53,558 bases of DNA. It comes from Candidatus Curtissbacteria bacterium RIFCSPLOWO2_02_FULL_40_11 (GTDB lineage Bacteria; Patescibacteriota; Microgenomatia; Curtissbacterales; GWA2-41-24). The position numbers and the translations under genes were made by a program. Shown here piece after piece: positions 43,095-52,041 of this stretch. The stretch's first letter is position 1. Every line of letters starts with the position of its first letter. Below the pieces are notes generated by a model. The model did not search any database, was not told where the DNA came from, and saw nothing but the letters and a program-made list of their open reading frames with translations. Location of the stretch: positions 1 through 53,558 of the forward strand of contig MFBV01000032.1 in assembly GCA_001776505.1 (NCBI GenBank), given 5' to 3'.

Positions 43095-44024
43095 ATGCTT
43101 GATTTATCTCAAATTGCAGTCTCAACGGAAAAAGAAACACAAGACTTTGGAAAATTCGTCATTGAACCCTTAGATCAGGGCTACGGACACACTATTGGAA
43201 ATTCTCTAAGAAGAGTACTTTTAACTTCTCTCCCTGGAGCGGCGATAACTCAAGTTAAAATTTCAGGCGTCAGACATCAATTCACAGCTATGTCAGGGAT
43301 GTCCGAAGACATTGTTGAATTTATTCTAAATCTTAAAAAAGTAAGACTTACGGTTCCATCAGACAAGCCAGTAAAACTTTCACTAGAAGCTAAGGGGCCA
43401 AAGGAATTAAAAGCGAAAGACATTTCAAAGACCTCTGGCGTTGAAATTATTAATAAAGATTTAACGCTGGCTCACCTTGCCGATTCTAAGTCAAAACTCG
43501 CGGCTTCACTGATTGCAGAAAATGGAACCGGTTATTCTCTAGCAAATGATAGGAAAACAGGAGAAATTGGAGTTATTCCTATTGACGCCAACTTTTCTCC
43601 AGTAACTAAAGTAAATTATCAAGTTGAAACGACACGTGTGGGAAGAGTTACAAATTTCGATAAGTTAACTCTTGAAATAACCACAGACGGTACCATGAAA
43701 CCATCCGAAGTATTAAAACAAGCGGCCAAAATATTAGTAGATCATTTTGTGATTATTCATGAGCCGAAAACCAATGCAAAAAAGCAAAAGGTAAAAGAAG
43801 ATTCAGACTCAGTCAAATTAACTGAGGAGGTTTTAAATACTTCGCTTGAGGAGCTAGATCTGCCAGTGAGACTCACAAATAGTTTAAGAACTGGAAAAAT
43901 AGATACAGTAGGTGACTTTTTGGAAAGAGACAAGAAAGATATTATGAAAATGAAAAACATGGGTCCAAAATCGATATCTCTTGTTGAAGAAAAACTTTCT
44001 AAAAGGGGAATTAAGTCTAAGTGA
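43095..44024 (+). CDS. rpoA: DNA-directed RNA polymerase subunit alpha
   Basis: GYGHTIGNSLRRVLL; C-terminal domain LEELDLPVRLTNSL. Confidence 0.97.
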   Translation: MLDLSQIAVSTEKETQDFGKFVIEPLDQGYGHTIGNSLRRVLLTSLPGAAITQVKISGVRHQFTAMSGMSEDIVEFILNLKKVRLTVPSDKPVKLSLEAKGPKELKAKDISKTSGVEIINKDLTLAHLADSKSKLAASLIAENGTGYSLANDRKTGEIGVIPIDANFSPVTKVNYQVETTRVGRVTNFDKLTLEITTDGTMKPSEVLKQAAKILVDHFVIIHEPKTNAKKQKVKEDSDSVKLTEEVLNTSLEELDLPVRLTNSLRTGKIDTVGDFLERDKKDIMKMKNMGPKSISLVEEKLSKRGIKSK

Positions 44025-44527
44025 GACACGCTGTTTTTGGTCAAAAATTATCGAGAGACACTAAGGCGCGAAAAGCGCTTCTTAATAACCTGGCAAGTTC
44101 GCTAATTATTCATGGTCATTTGAGAACTACATTAGCTAAAGCAAAATTTTCTCAAGGATACATAGAAAAATTAGTGTCTCAGGCAAAGAAAAATAGACTT
44201 AATCGATATCGAATCCTAGCATCCAAACTAAATCACCATGCGTTTATTAAACTGATCAACGAAGTTGGGCCAGGGTTCGAAAATAGAAAAGGTGGTTATA
44301 CGCGTGTTCTAAAAATTCCTGCACGGCGAGGAGATGCCGCCCAAATGGCGAAACTGGAATTCTTAGAATGGGATAAAACTAAAGCAAAAACACCGAAACA
44401 GACAACGAAGAAAGCAAATACAAAAACAAAATCGGTTAAGGAAACAAAAACCACGGCAAAACCACAACCTAATGAGAAAAAAGTTTTAAATACAAAAGAA
44501 ACAAAAAATGAAAAACGTAAAACCTAA
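44021..44527 (+). CDS. rplQ: 50S ribosomal protein L17 with K/T-rich C-terminal extension (GTG start)
   Basis: LSRDTKARKALLNNLASSLIIHGHLRTTLAKAK, GGYTRVLK. Confidence 0.95.
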   Translation: MRHAVFGQKLSRDTKARKALLNNLASSLIIHGHLRTTLAKAKFSQGYIEKLVSQAKKNRLNRYRILASKLNHHAFIKLINEVGPGFENRKGGYTRVLKIPARRGDAAQMAKLEFLEWDKTKAKTPKQTTKKANTKTKSVKETKTTAKPQPNEKKVLNTKETKNEKRKT

Positions 44528-44924
44528 AGATATAAAAAGAGGGTGGCATTTAATTGATGCAAACAATCAAATACTCGGGAGGCTCTCTTCAGGAGTAGCC
44601 ACACACCTTATGGGAAAAAATAAAAACTATTACGTATCTCATCTGGATACGGGTGATTTTGTAGTAGTAATAAACGCAGAGAAGGTAAAACTTTCCGGTA
44701 AAAAAGAAAGTCAAAAAAAGTATTATCGTCATTCAGGTTATCCGGGAGGTTTATATGTTAAAACTGCGGCTCAGACAAGAAGCAGTAAGCCCGAATTTTT
44801 AGTAAGACATGCTGTTCGCGGTATGCTTCCCAAGACTACACTAGGGAAACAAATGCTAAAAAAACTTTATGTTTATACTGGTTCACAGCACAAACATAAT
44901 GACAAATTCACAGGCAATGGATAA
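44508..44924 (+). CDS. rplM: 50S ribosomal protein L13
   Basis: WHLIDANNQILGRLSSGVA, YYRHSGYPGG. Confidence 0.97.
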   Translation: MKNVKPKDIKRGWHLIDANNQILGRLSSGVATHLMGKNKNYYVSHLDTGDFVVVINAEKVKLSGKKESQKKYYRHSGYPGGLYVKTAAQTRSSKPEFLVRHAVRGMLPKTTLGKQMLKKLYVYTGSQHKHNDKFTGNG

Positions 44925-45357
44925 AGATAGTAAAAACTCAGAAAAACCAGAAAGCAAAGAAAGCAAAAACTTTATTAGCGCACAGGGCAGACGCAAGGAA
45001 GCAACAGCCAGAATAAGACTTATCGCTGGTAAGGGGCAAACGTTGGTAAACGAAAAGCCTATTAGTGAATATTTCCCAGGAGAAGTCTCAAGAAGCGAGT
45101 ATTTAAAACCATTCTTACTTACCCAAACCGAAGATAAGTACTACGCTACAATTAAAGTCACCGGATCTGGAAGTAAAGGGCAACTAGGAGCAGTAATTCA
45201 CGGGATTTCAAGGGCACTTAATAATGCAGATGAAAAGAAATTTCGACCAATACTTAAAAAAGCTGGACTTCTAACTCGAGATTCTCGCATTAAAGAACGC
45301 CGAAAATACGGAAAAGCCCAAAAAGCAAGAAAGGGCAAGCAGAGCCCTAAGCGATAG
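44869..45357 (+). CDS. rpsI: 30S ribosomal protein S9 (start uncertain: in-frame ATGs at 44869, 44899, 44917)
   Basis: GRRKEATARIRL, GSGSKGQLGAVIHGISRAL, RDSRIKERRKYG. Confidence 0.95.
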   Translation: MFILVHSTNIMTNSQAMDKDSKNSEKPESKESKNFISAQGRRKEATARIRLIAGKGQTLVNEKPISEYFPGEVSRSEYLKPFLLTQTEDKYYATIKVTGSGSKGQLGAVIHGISRALNNADEKKFRPILKKAGLLTRDSRIKERRKYGKAQKARKGKQSPKR

Positions 45358-45378
45358 CGCAGTCCCTCAGAGATAAAA

Positions 45379-45876
45379 TTAGTTAGAAAAGCTTCCTTCT
45401 AGAATGTGGGTTTCGGGGTTATTATCAAGTCCCAAACTTTCTGTTTCCTCTGTTATCACAACGTCATTATAATCTGAGTAATCTGTTTCACTATTAAATA
45501 AAAGGGCAAAATCTCCCTCATCCCCTCTTTTTAGTTTTCCAGTAGAAATAAATGTTAGAGTGGGTTCTTTTTTTACAAGCCAGCCCTCATAAAATTTCCC
45601 TTCAGACGGATCGTCGAGTTGGGCTATTACTAAGTGAACGAAATTCGTTCCGTTAAAGGTTCTATTTGCTGTTCCGGTTCCCGTATATCCACCCACAACT
45701 GTAAGTTCTATTGTTTCAACGTTTTCTTCTGAGGTTGCATTAGGCTTAAGTATTTCAGTTTGGTCTTGAGATTCTTGATTTGGTTCAGTACTAGGTTTAT
45801 TTTGGGACAAAAAATACAAAACTGCAGCGACAACTATTACTGCAACTACCCCACCAACAAGATAAGAATTTTTCAT
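45379..45876 (-). CDS. membrane-anchored secreted hypothetical protein
   Basis: N-terminal TM VGGVVAVIVVAAVLYF; the FYEGWLV segment faintly recalls anti-sigma RskA-type C-domains (weak). Confidence 0.5.
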   Translation of the reverse strand: MKNSYLVGGVVAVIVVAAVLYFLSQNKPSTEPNQESQDQTEILKPNATSEENVETIELTVVGGYTGTGTANRTFNGTNFVHLVIAQLDDPSEGKFYEGWLVKKEPTLTFISTGKLKRGDEGDFALLFNSETDYSDYNDVVITEETESLGLDNNPETHILEGSFSN

Positions 45877-45998
45877 TAGTATTTAGATATTAGCCTCAAG
45901 TAGAATTTTTGTCAATTTTTGGTCGGGCCGCTCATATAATATGAGCAAGCCTCGACTCTGAATTTATATCAGAAGAAGGTCAAAGTGAAAATTCAGAG

Positions 45999-46072
45999 TC
46001 GGGGTGGCCGGACTCGAACCGACGACTTCCAGACCCCCAGCCTGGCGTTCTAGCCAACTGAACTACACCCCG
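45999..46072 (-). tRNA. tRNA-Pro (anticodon GGG)
   Basis: Hand-folded reverse complement: acceptor CGGGGTG/CACCCCG, D stem GTTC/GAAC, anticodon stem CCAGG/TCTGG with loop CT-GGG-GG (G37), T arm GTCGG-TTCGAGT-CCGGC, discriminator A; CCA not encoded. Confidence 0.9.
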
Positions 46073-46155
46073 AAAGACTGAAATATTTTATCACTACTTG
46101 TATTTTAATAGAAACTGTAGTAAAAATATGCTACTTCTGCTCGAACGATAATCGC

Positions 46156-47229
46156 ATGGCTACAGACGCGAAGAAACAGGCAATCGAAACTGCAATTTCC
46201 CAAATAGAAAAAGCATATGGTAAAGGTTCTATCATGAAGATGGGGGAAAGTATTGGCAATAAGTTCGAAGTCGCAGTTATACCAACTGGTATTATTCCGG
46301 TGGACCTAGCTTTAGGAACAGGTGGTTTGCCAAGGGGAAGAGTTGTAGAAATATTCGGGCCAGAAGCATCTGGAAAAACAACTTTAACCCTGTCAGTAAT
46401 TGCTCAAGCACAAAAAAACGATGGAAAAGCCGCATTAATAGATGCAGAACACGCACTAGATCCTGCTTGGGCGCAAAAAGTTGGCGTAAATCTTGACGAC
46501 TTATTAATTTCTCAACCAGATACCGGCGAACAAGCGCTGGAAATTACCGAAACCTTAATTAGATCTGGAGCGATTGATGTAGTGGTTATTGATTCGGTTG
46601 CAGCTCTTGTACCCCGCGCGGAAATCGAAGGTGATATGGGAGATAGCATGATTGGTGTTCAAGCCCGACTTATGTCTCAAGCTCTAAGAAAATTAACAGG
46701 CGTAATCTCTAAATCAAAAACGGTTGTCGTCTTTACTAATCAGCTTCGCGAAAAGATAGGTATTATGTTCGGTAATCCAGAAACTACTCCCGGTGGCCGT
46801 GCTCTCAAATTCTATTCTTCAATCCGCTTAGATATTAGAAAGATAGACAATATTAAAGAAGGAGATAAAGTAATCGGATCTCGTCATAGAGTAAAAGTAG
46901 TAAAAAATAAGGTAGCGCCACCATTCAGGCTCGCTGAATTCGATATTATGGGAGAAGAAGGGGTATCGAAGGAAGGAGGCCTTATAGACGTTGCCTTAGA
47001 TCTAGGTCTTATTACCAAATCTGGATCATTTTTTAGATTAGGGGCAAAATTAATAGGTCAAGGGAGAGAAAGCGCAAAAGCTTACTTCGAAGAGCACAAA
47101 AAAGAATATAGTCACTTAGAAAAAGATATTTGGGCGAAAGTTAAAAAAGGTATGCCAACCAAGGCGGCAAAAGTAACCAACAGCGAATCAGATAGTGATG
47201 AAATCCTTGAAGAAATAGCTGCGGTCTAA
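46156..47229 (+). CDS. recA: recombinase RecA
   Basis: [41 protein letters not shown]. Confidence 0.98.
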   Translation: MATDAKKQAIETAISQIEKAYGKGSIMKMGESIGNKFEVAVIPTGIIPVDLALGTGGLPRGRVVEIFGPEASGKTTLTLSVIAQAQKNDGKAALIDAEHALDPAWAQKVGVNLDDLLISQPDTGEQALEITETLIRSGAIDVVVIDSVAALVPRAEIEGDMGDSMIGVQARLMSQALRKLTGVISKSKTVVVFTNQLREKIGIMFGNPETTPGGRALKFYSSIRLDIRKIDNIKEGDKVIGSRHRVKVVKNKVAPPFRLAEFDIMGEEGVSKEGGLIDVALDLGLITKSGSFFRLGAKLIGQGRESAKAYFEEHKKEYSHLEKDIWAKVKKGMPTKAAKVTNSESDSDEILEEIAAV

Positions 47230-47232
47230 AAA

Positions 47233-47889
47233 GTGCCCAAAGTAACCTCTGTCGAACCCCAAAAGAAAAAAAAAGAGCGCTTCAATGTTTATATAGACGG
47301 AAGATTTGCATTTGGAGCGAATTTAGAGACAATTCTAAAATACCAAATAAAATCCGCAAAAGTATTTTCCGAAGAACAGCTCAGCCAAATCATAAGAAAA
47401 GAAGAAATTTCAAAACTTTTCGACGCTACACTCAAATTCTTATCATATAGGCCAAGAAGCCAGAAAGAAGTGGAAGATTATTTAATTGGAAAAATATCTA
47501 AAAAAGAAAATATTAAATTCTCTCAAGCGAAAGAAAGTAATCTTATTGCAGAAGTTGTAAGCAAACTTAAAAATTATAAATATTTAAATGATATTGAGTT
47601 TTCCAAGTGGTGGATTAACTCCAGAACTAGATCAAGTCCAAGAGGTAAAATGATATTAAAATCAGAACTTTTTCAAAAAGGTATTGATAGAGAAATTATA
47701 GACGACTTAATTAACAATATTAAGAATCAAAAACCTCTAGCTTTGAAGGCAATTGGAAAGAAACTCCCGCGGTGGCAAAAACTATCTAATCTCGAGTTCA
47801 AAAAAAAAGTTTACAGTTTTCTCATCAGTCGCGGTTTTGATTTTGATACAATCAAAGAAGTAGTTGCACAAATAGAAAAAAAAGGCTAA
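47233..47889 (+). CDS. recX: regulatory protein RecX (GTG start)
   Basis: Directly downstream of recA; helical-repeat pattern with LSYRPRSQKEVEDYL. Confidence 0.8.
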   Translation: MPKVTSVEPQKKKKERFNVYIDGRFAFGANLETILKYQIKSAKVFSEEQLSQIIRKEEISKLFDATLKFLSYRPRSQKEVEDYLIGKISKKENIKFSQAKESNLIAEVVSKLKNYKYLNDIEFSKWWINSRTRSSPRGKMILKSELFQKGIDREIIDDLINNIKNQKPLALKAIGKKLPRWQKLSNLEFKKKVYSFLISRGFDFDTIKEVVAQIEKKG

Positions 47890-48035
47890 AATCGTGAGTG
47901 CTGAAAGTAGCCGATTTAGAGAAAGCGACTATTGAAATTATATGAGAAGTTTCACTTTTAAACTCTCAAAAAGAACAAACTTTCCGTTCGTTTAAAACGG
48001 TCTTCTTTTCGTATTTTTTTCAGCAACAAATTAAT

Positions 48036-49541
48036 ATGGGAATATTTGATTCTAAACCTTCTCAAAATCCGACGAGCAGAGCAATCCATAAACAACCTAA
48101 GAAAATAGTGGTTTCTGTAGGAAATGACAAAGGTTATCCGGCTTCTCCTGCAGTGAAAGATGCTCGCGAGATAATTCAAGATGCTCGTGATGAAGCGTTT
48201 CGTATAAAAAAAGCTGCTGAAGAAGAAACTAGGAAAATTCGTCAAGAAATATTAGATTTGGAAAATAGAGTTGCTCAGAAAGAAACATCGCTAGAGTCTA
48301 AGCTTTCACAAATTACTAAGCTTGAAAGACAAGTCGAATCTGGCCGTAAAACACTAGAGAAAAGAGAGCAGGAAATCACCAAAACTAGAAGTGAGTTGGT
48401 CGATAAATTATCTAAAGTTTCATCTTTAACTCGTGAAGAAGCCAGAAAATTAATACTATCTAACTTGGAAGAAGAATTAAAAGGTGAAGTCGCAAAGCGT
48501 ATTAAAGAAGCAGAAGAAAAAATAAAAGCTGAAGCAAGTGAAAAAGCGAAAGAAATATTAGTTAATAGTATGATGGCAGGTAGTACGGATTGGGCAGCTG
48601 AGTATACAGTTTCCACTGTAAAACTCGAGTCAGATGAAATAAAAGGTCGAATCATTGGTAAAGAGGGTCGCAACATTAGAGCGTTTGAACTTGCCACCGG
48701 GGTCGATGTTGAACTCGAAAGTGACGTTGCAGGGGAAGTACGACTTTCATCTTTTGATCCTATAAGACGAGAGATTGCCAGAATGGCACTGGAGTGGCTA
48801 GTAAAAGATGCCAGAATTCAACCTTCAAGGATAGAACAACTCGTCGAAAAGGCAAGATCTCAAGTTGGAAAAGACATGTCAGATGCCGGCAGGAAAGCGG
48901 CAAGTGAAGTTGGTTTATATAACATTTCCCAGCAAGCTTTAGATACCTTAGGACGCCTTAAATTTCGATATTCTTATGGACAAAATCAATTGATAGCTTC
49001 AATTGAAACCGCTAGAATTGCTAAAAAAATTGCGGAGGAAATAGGTGCTGATTATCAAGTAACTACTATGGGAGGTCTTTACCATGATATCGGTAAAACC
49101 GAAATGGAAAAGGAAGGAACCCACGTTCAGCTAGGAGTCGAACTTGCCAAGAAATGGAATTTCCCTCAAGAAGTTATTGATTGCATTGCCCAGCACCATG
49201 AGGATGAACCCTTTTCGCGGGTAGAATCAATAATTGTTCATATAGCAGATAGCGTTTCCGGCGCTCGCCCCGGGGCTCGCCATGAAGCTGTTGAAGATTA
49301 CATTAGAAGACTTACCGATATCGAAAAAGTTGCTACATCTTTCAAAGGTGTTGATAAAGCCTACGCGATTCAGGCTGGACGCGAGATCAGAGTTATTGTT
49401 GAACCTCAAACAGTTGATGATGAAGCAACCGTCAAACTTTCTCACGAGATAAAACAAAAACTAGAAGATGAATTAACTTACCCAGGGCAGATTACTGTTA
49501 CAGTAATTCGTGAATTTAGAGCAGTCGATATTGCCAAATAA
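48036..49541 (+). CDS. rny: ribonuclease Y (no obvious N-terminal TM helix)
   Basis: Coiled coil, KH motif GRIIGKEGRNIRAFE, HD domain LYHDIGK ... IAQHHED. Confidence 0.93.
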   Translation: MGIFDSKPSQNPTSRAIHKQPKKIVVSVGNDKGYPASPAVKDAREIIQDARDEAFRIKKAAEEETRKIRQEILDLENRVAQKETSLESKLSQITKLERQVESGRKTLEKREQEITKTRSELVDKLSKVSSLTREEARKLILSNLEEELKGEVAKRIKEAEEKIKAEASEKAKEILVNSMMAGSTDWAAEYTVSTVKLESDEIKGRIIGKEGRNIRAFELATGVDVELESDVAGEVRLSSFDPIRREIARMALEWLVKDARIQPSRIEQLVEKARSQVGKDMSDAGRKAASEVGLYNISQQALDTLGRLKFRYSYGQNQLIASIETARIAKKIAEEIGADYQVTTMGGLYHDIGKTEMEKEGTHVQLGVELAKKWNFPQEVIDCIAQHHEDEPFSRVESIIVHIADSVSGARPGARHEAVEDYIRRLTDIEKVATSFKGVDKAYAIQAGREIRVIVEPQTVDDEATVKLSHEIKQKLEDELTYPGQITVTVIREFRAVDIAK

Positions 49542-49568
49542 AAACTTCGAGAGTATAATTCCTGAGAT

Positions 49569-49841
49569 ATGACTAAGAAAGAACTAGTTGAGAAGGTAGC
49601 CAAAAAGGTCGGTCTTACCAAAAGAACTTCAGAAAATACAGTCAATGCGGTTTTTGGCATTATCCGTGATTCAATGATGAAGGGCGACAAAGTAGTAGTA
49701 ACCGGCTTCGGAACTTTTAAAGTTAGAAAGAGAACTAGCCGAGTGGGTCGTAATCCTCAAACCGGATCAGCTATAACCATTAATTCTCACAAACTCCCAG
49801 GTTTTACCGCAGGCAAAACGCTTCGAAGAATTATCAAGTAA
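49569..49841 (+). CDS. hup: DNA-binding protein HU
   Basis: MTKKELVEKVAKK, GFGTFKVRKRTSRVGRNPQTG. Confidence 0.96.
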   Translation: MTKKELVEKVAKKVGLTKRTSENTVNAVFGIIRDSMMKGDKVVVTGFGTFKVRKRTSRVGRNPQTGSAITINSHKLPGFTAGKTLRRIIK

Positions 49842-49846
49842 TTTTA

Positions 49847-49912
49847 TATTCGCTCGCAGAACACCCCGCCAAAAATTGAATATTTAGGCGGGGATGAATG
49901 CGAAAGCGAATA
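49847..49912 (+). other. 66-nt composite hairpin directly after hup
   Basis: TATTCGCT/AGCGAATA outer stem, CGCA/TGCG, inner CCCCGCC/GGCGGGG. Confidence 0.6.
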
Positions 49913-49966
49913 CATACTTGCGAGGACTAAGGTATCTGCTCGCTCATGTAAACTTGAAGGAGAATA

Positions 49967-49987
49967 CCGAGGACTCTTAGTCCTCGG
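49967..49987. terminator. perfect 9-bp palindrome, bidirectional terminator candidate between hup and the convergent ORF
   Basis: CCGAGGACT-ctt-AGTCCTCGG flanked by A/T-rich sequence. Confidence 0.6.
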
Positions 49988-50019
49988 AAGTTTATAATAT
50001 AATATTATAAGGAAGCAAA

Positions 50020-50331
50020 CTAAGCAGCTTTTTCCCTTGATTTCTGTTTTCTGATGCGTTCAGCTCTAAGCGAGGAGCCAAATGCTGAATGTTCTGCTCG
50101 TAATGAACTTACATCAATAATACTAGCGTTTCGATTAGAAACACTTTCATCTTCTGCTAAATGGTCTGCAATATGAAGTGAAGGCTTAGTTTCGTCTCCT
50201 AAAACTGGGTCAAAATTAATTCTACGACGATCTCTTATAAATTCTTCAAGATCAACCAGCTGCCGATTAATACTTGGCTCGTTTTGGTCTTCAGAGGTTT
50301 GCTCCTGTAATGTTTCAAAATCTTTATTCAT
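50020..50331 (-). CDS. hypothetical acidic/basic small protein
   Basis: 103-aa ORF with no recognisable motif. Confidence 0.45.
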   Translation of the reverse strand: MNKDFETLQEQTSEDQNEPSINRQLVDLEEFIRDRRRINFDPVLGDETKPSLHIADHLAEDESVSNRNASIIDVSSLRAEHSAFGSSLRAERIRKQKSREKAA

Positions 50332-50447
50332 TAAAATTACCCGCCTAATAACATTATACTCGGCGGGATCCTTTTCTAACCCGCAATATACGACTATTTA
50401 ACAGAGAAGTCAACCAAAAGTTCGAGTAAGCATGTTAACATAAATAT

Positions 50448-50816
50448 ATGCATCGCGATCCATTTTTTGTACATCAGAAAAAAAGTTTCGGATACGCGAT
50501 TGAAGGTATAATTTTTTCTTTTAAAAAAGGAATCCATTTTAAAATCCATGTAGTTGCTGCAATTATTGTTGCCATCTTGGGATTTATTTATTCAATTAGC
50601 TCAGTCGAATGGCTTATTTTGATATTAATTTCATCAGGTGTTATCAGTGCCGAGGCTATAAACACCGCTATTGAAGAAACCGGCAATGTCCTGCATCCAG
50701 AACATCATCCGAGGGTTAAACTCGCTAAACATTGTGCTGCCGGTGGTGTACTAATTTTGTCGGTTGCAGCTATTGTCATCGGGTTAATTATCTTTGCTCC
50801 GAAAATTTTAAATTAG
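50448..50816 (+). CDS. dgkA: diacylglycerol/undecaprenol kinase (DgkA family)
   Basis: 3-TM 122-aa protein, SAEAINTAIEE and KLAKHCAAGGVL motifs. Confidence 0.85.
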   Translation: MHRDPFFVHQKKSFGYAIEGIIFSFKKGIHFKIHVVAAIIVAILGFIYSISSVEWLILILISSGVISAEAINTAIEETGNVLHPEHHPRVKLAKHCAAGGVLILSVAAIVIGLIIFAPKILN

Positions 50817-50820
50817 ATTA

Positions 50821-52041
50821 TTGCTTGTGCTAAAATTTTATGCATCCGTGAAACCTAGTTTCTATATTAAAACCTTCGGTTGTCAGCAAAATATGGCCGA
50901 CAGTCAAAGAATCGCAAGCTATTATTTAGCAAGAGGCTACAAAAAATCCAATTCAAGCAAATCCGCTAGCGAAATAGTAATCAATACCTGCATGATTCGC
51001 CAAAGTGCCGAAGACAGAGTTACGGGATTAGTTAAAAATGTTACAGCCAGCAGAAGACCCAAACCCAAAATCGTTATTACAGGCTGCATGGTTGGGATGG
51101 CAGCCAGAGATGAAACCGGCAAATATCTAAAAGCTCTTAAAAAAAGAATGCCTGAAGTAGATGAATTTTTGCCTCTTGCGGAAGTCGGTTTCGACTACCC
51201 GGCGCTCAGAAGTGACGTTGAGCATGCTTGGGTGCCGATTTCCAATGGTTGCAATAATTTCTGCACATTTTGCGTTGTACCCTTTACTCGTGGCAGAGAA
51301 GTATCGCGCTCATTCAATGATATTTTAGATGAAATTAAAGAACAAACTGCTAAAGGTTGCGGGGAAGTAACTTTGCTTGGGCAAAACGTTAATTCATACG
51401 GAGCAGATCTGGTTAAAAACAATTCAAAAGGGTTTAAGCTCCCTTCAGGCCGTGTAGTGAAACCAATCATTGTTAAGCATTTAGGTCGTTTTCGAATCCC
51501 CACACTTTTTCCGTATCTTTTAGAAGAAGTTTGTAAAATAAAAGCTTGCCCCTCGAAGTCCAGCATTGCGGGACGAAGTGGGGGGCTTAATAAAGTAAAG
51601 TTTATATCATCTAACCCCTGGGATTTTTCGGACAAATTAATTGAAGTTATTGCCAAAAATCCAAAAATTGACAGAAATATTCATCTTGCTGTGCAATCTG
51701 GGGACGACCAAATTCTAAAACGTATGAACCGCTGGTACACAGGGAAAGAATATTTAAAATTGGTAGAAAAAATTAAGAATAAAATTAAGGATGCTCAAAT
51801 TTCTACCGACATAATTGTCGGTTTCCCGGGAGAAACAAAAAAGCAATTCGCAAATACTGTGAAGTTAGCTAAAGATGCAAATTTTGCGTATGCGTATGTG
51901 GCAAAATATTCCGAGCGTCCTAACACGGCAGCATCAAAAGCTTTTCCAGATAATGTTCCGTACAGAGAAAAAGAAAAAAGATTTCATATTCTCAACAACC
52001 TAATTAATCAAAAGGGAAATCCGCGAACAGCTGTTCACTAG
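50821..52041 (+). CDS. miaB: radical-SAM methylthiotransferase, MiaB/RimO family (start uncertain: TTG 50821, GTG 50827 or GTG 50848)
   Basis: UPF0004 domain FYIKTFGCQQNMADS, radical SAM GCNNFCTFCVVPFTRGRE, TRAM-less short C-terminus. Confidence 0.88.
   Translation: MLVLKFYASVKPSFYIKTFGCQQNMADSQRIASYYLARGYKKSNSSKSASEIVINTCMIRQSAEDRVTGLVKNVTASRRPKPKIVITGCMVGMAARDETGKYLKALKKRMPEVDEFLPLAEVGFDYPALRSDVEHAWVPISNGCNNFCTFCVVPFTRGREVSRSFNDILDEIKEQTAKGCGEVTLLGQNVNSYGADLVKNNSKGFKLPSGRVVKPIIVKHLGRFRIPTLFPYLLEEVCKIKACPSKSSIAGRSGGLNKVKFISSNPWDFSDKLIEVIAKNPKIDRNIHLAVQSGDDQILKRMNRWYTGKEYLKLVEKIKNKIKDAQISTDIIVGFPGETKKQFANTVKLAKDANFAYAYVAKYSERPNTAASKAFPDNVPYREKEKRFHILNNLINQKGNPRTAVH
51544..51587 (+). repeat. 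GC-rich in-frame insertion in miaB
   Basis: gcttgCCCCtcgaaGTCCagcattgcgGGACgaagtgGGGGGc encodes ACPSKSSIAGRSGGL at the spot where family members run straight into the (V/I)(R/K)F..S.P motif. Confidence 0.65.

Noticed and set aside
46120-46155. CGAACgataatcg upstream of recA as a Cheo/LexA SOS box
   Set aside because: Only one half-site (CGAAC) is present. The second half lacks GTTCG, and no lexA is visible in the window.
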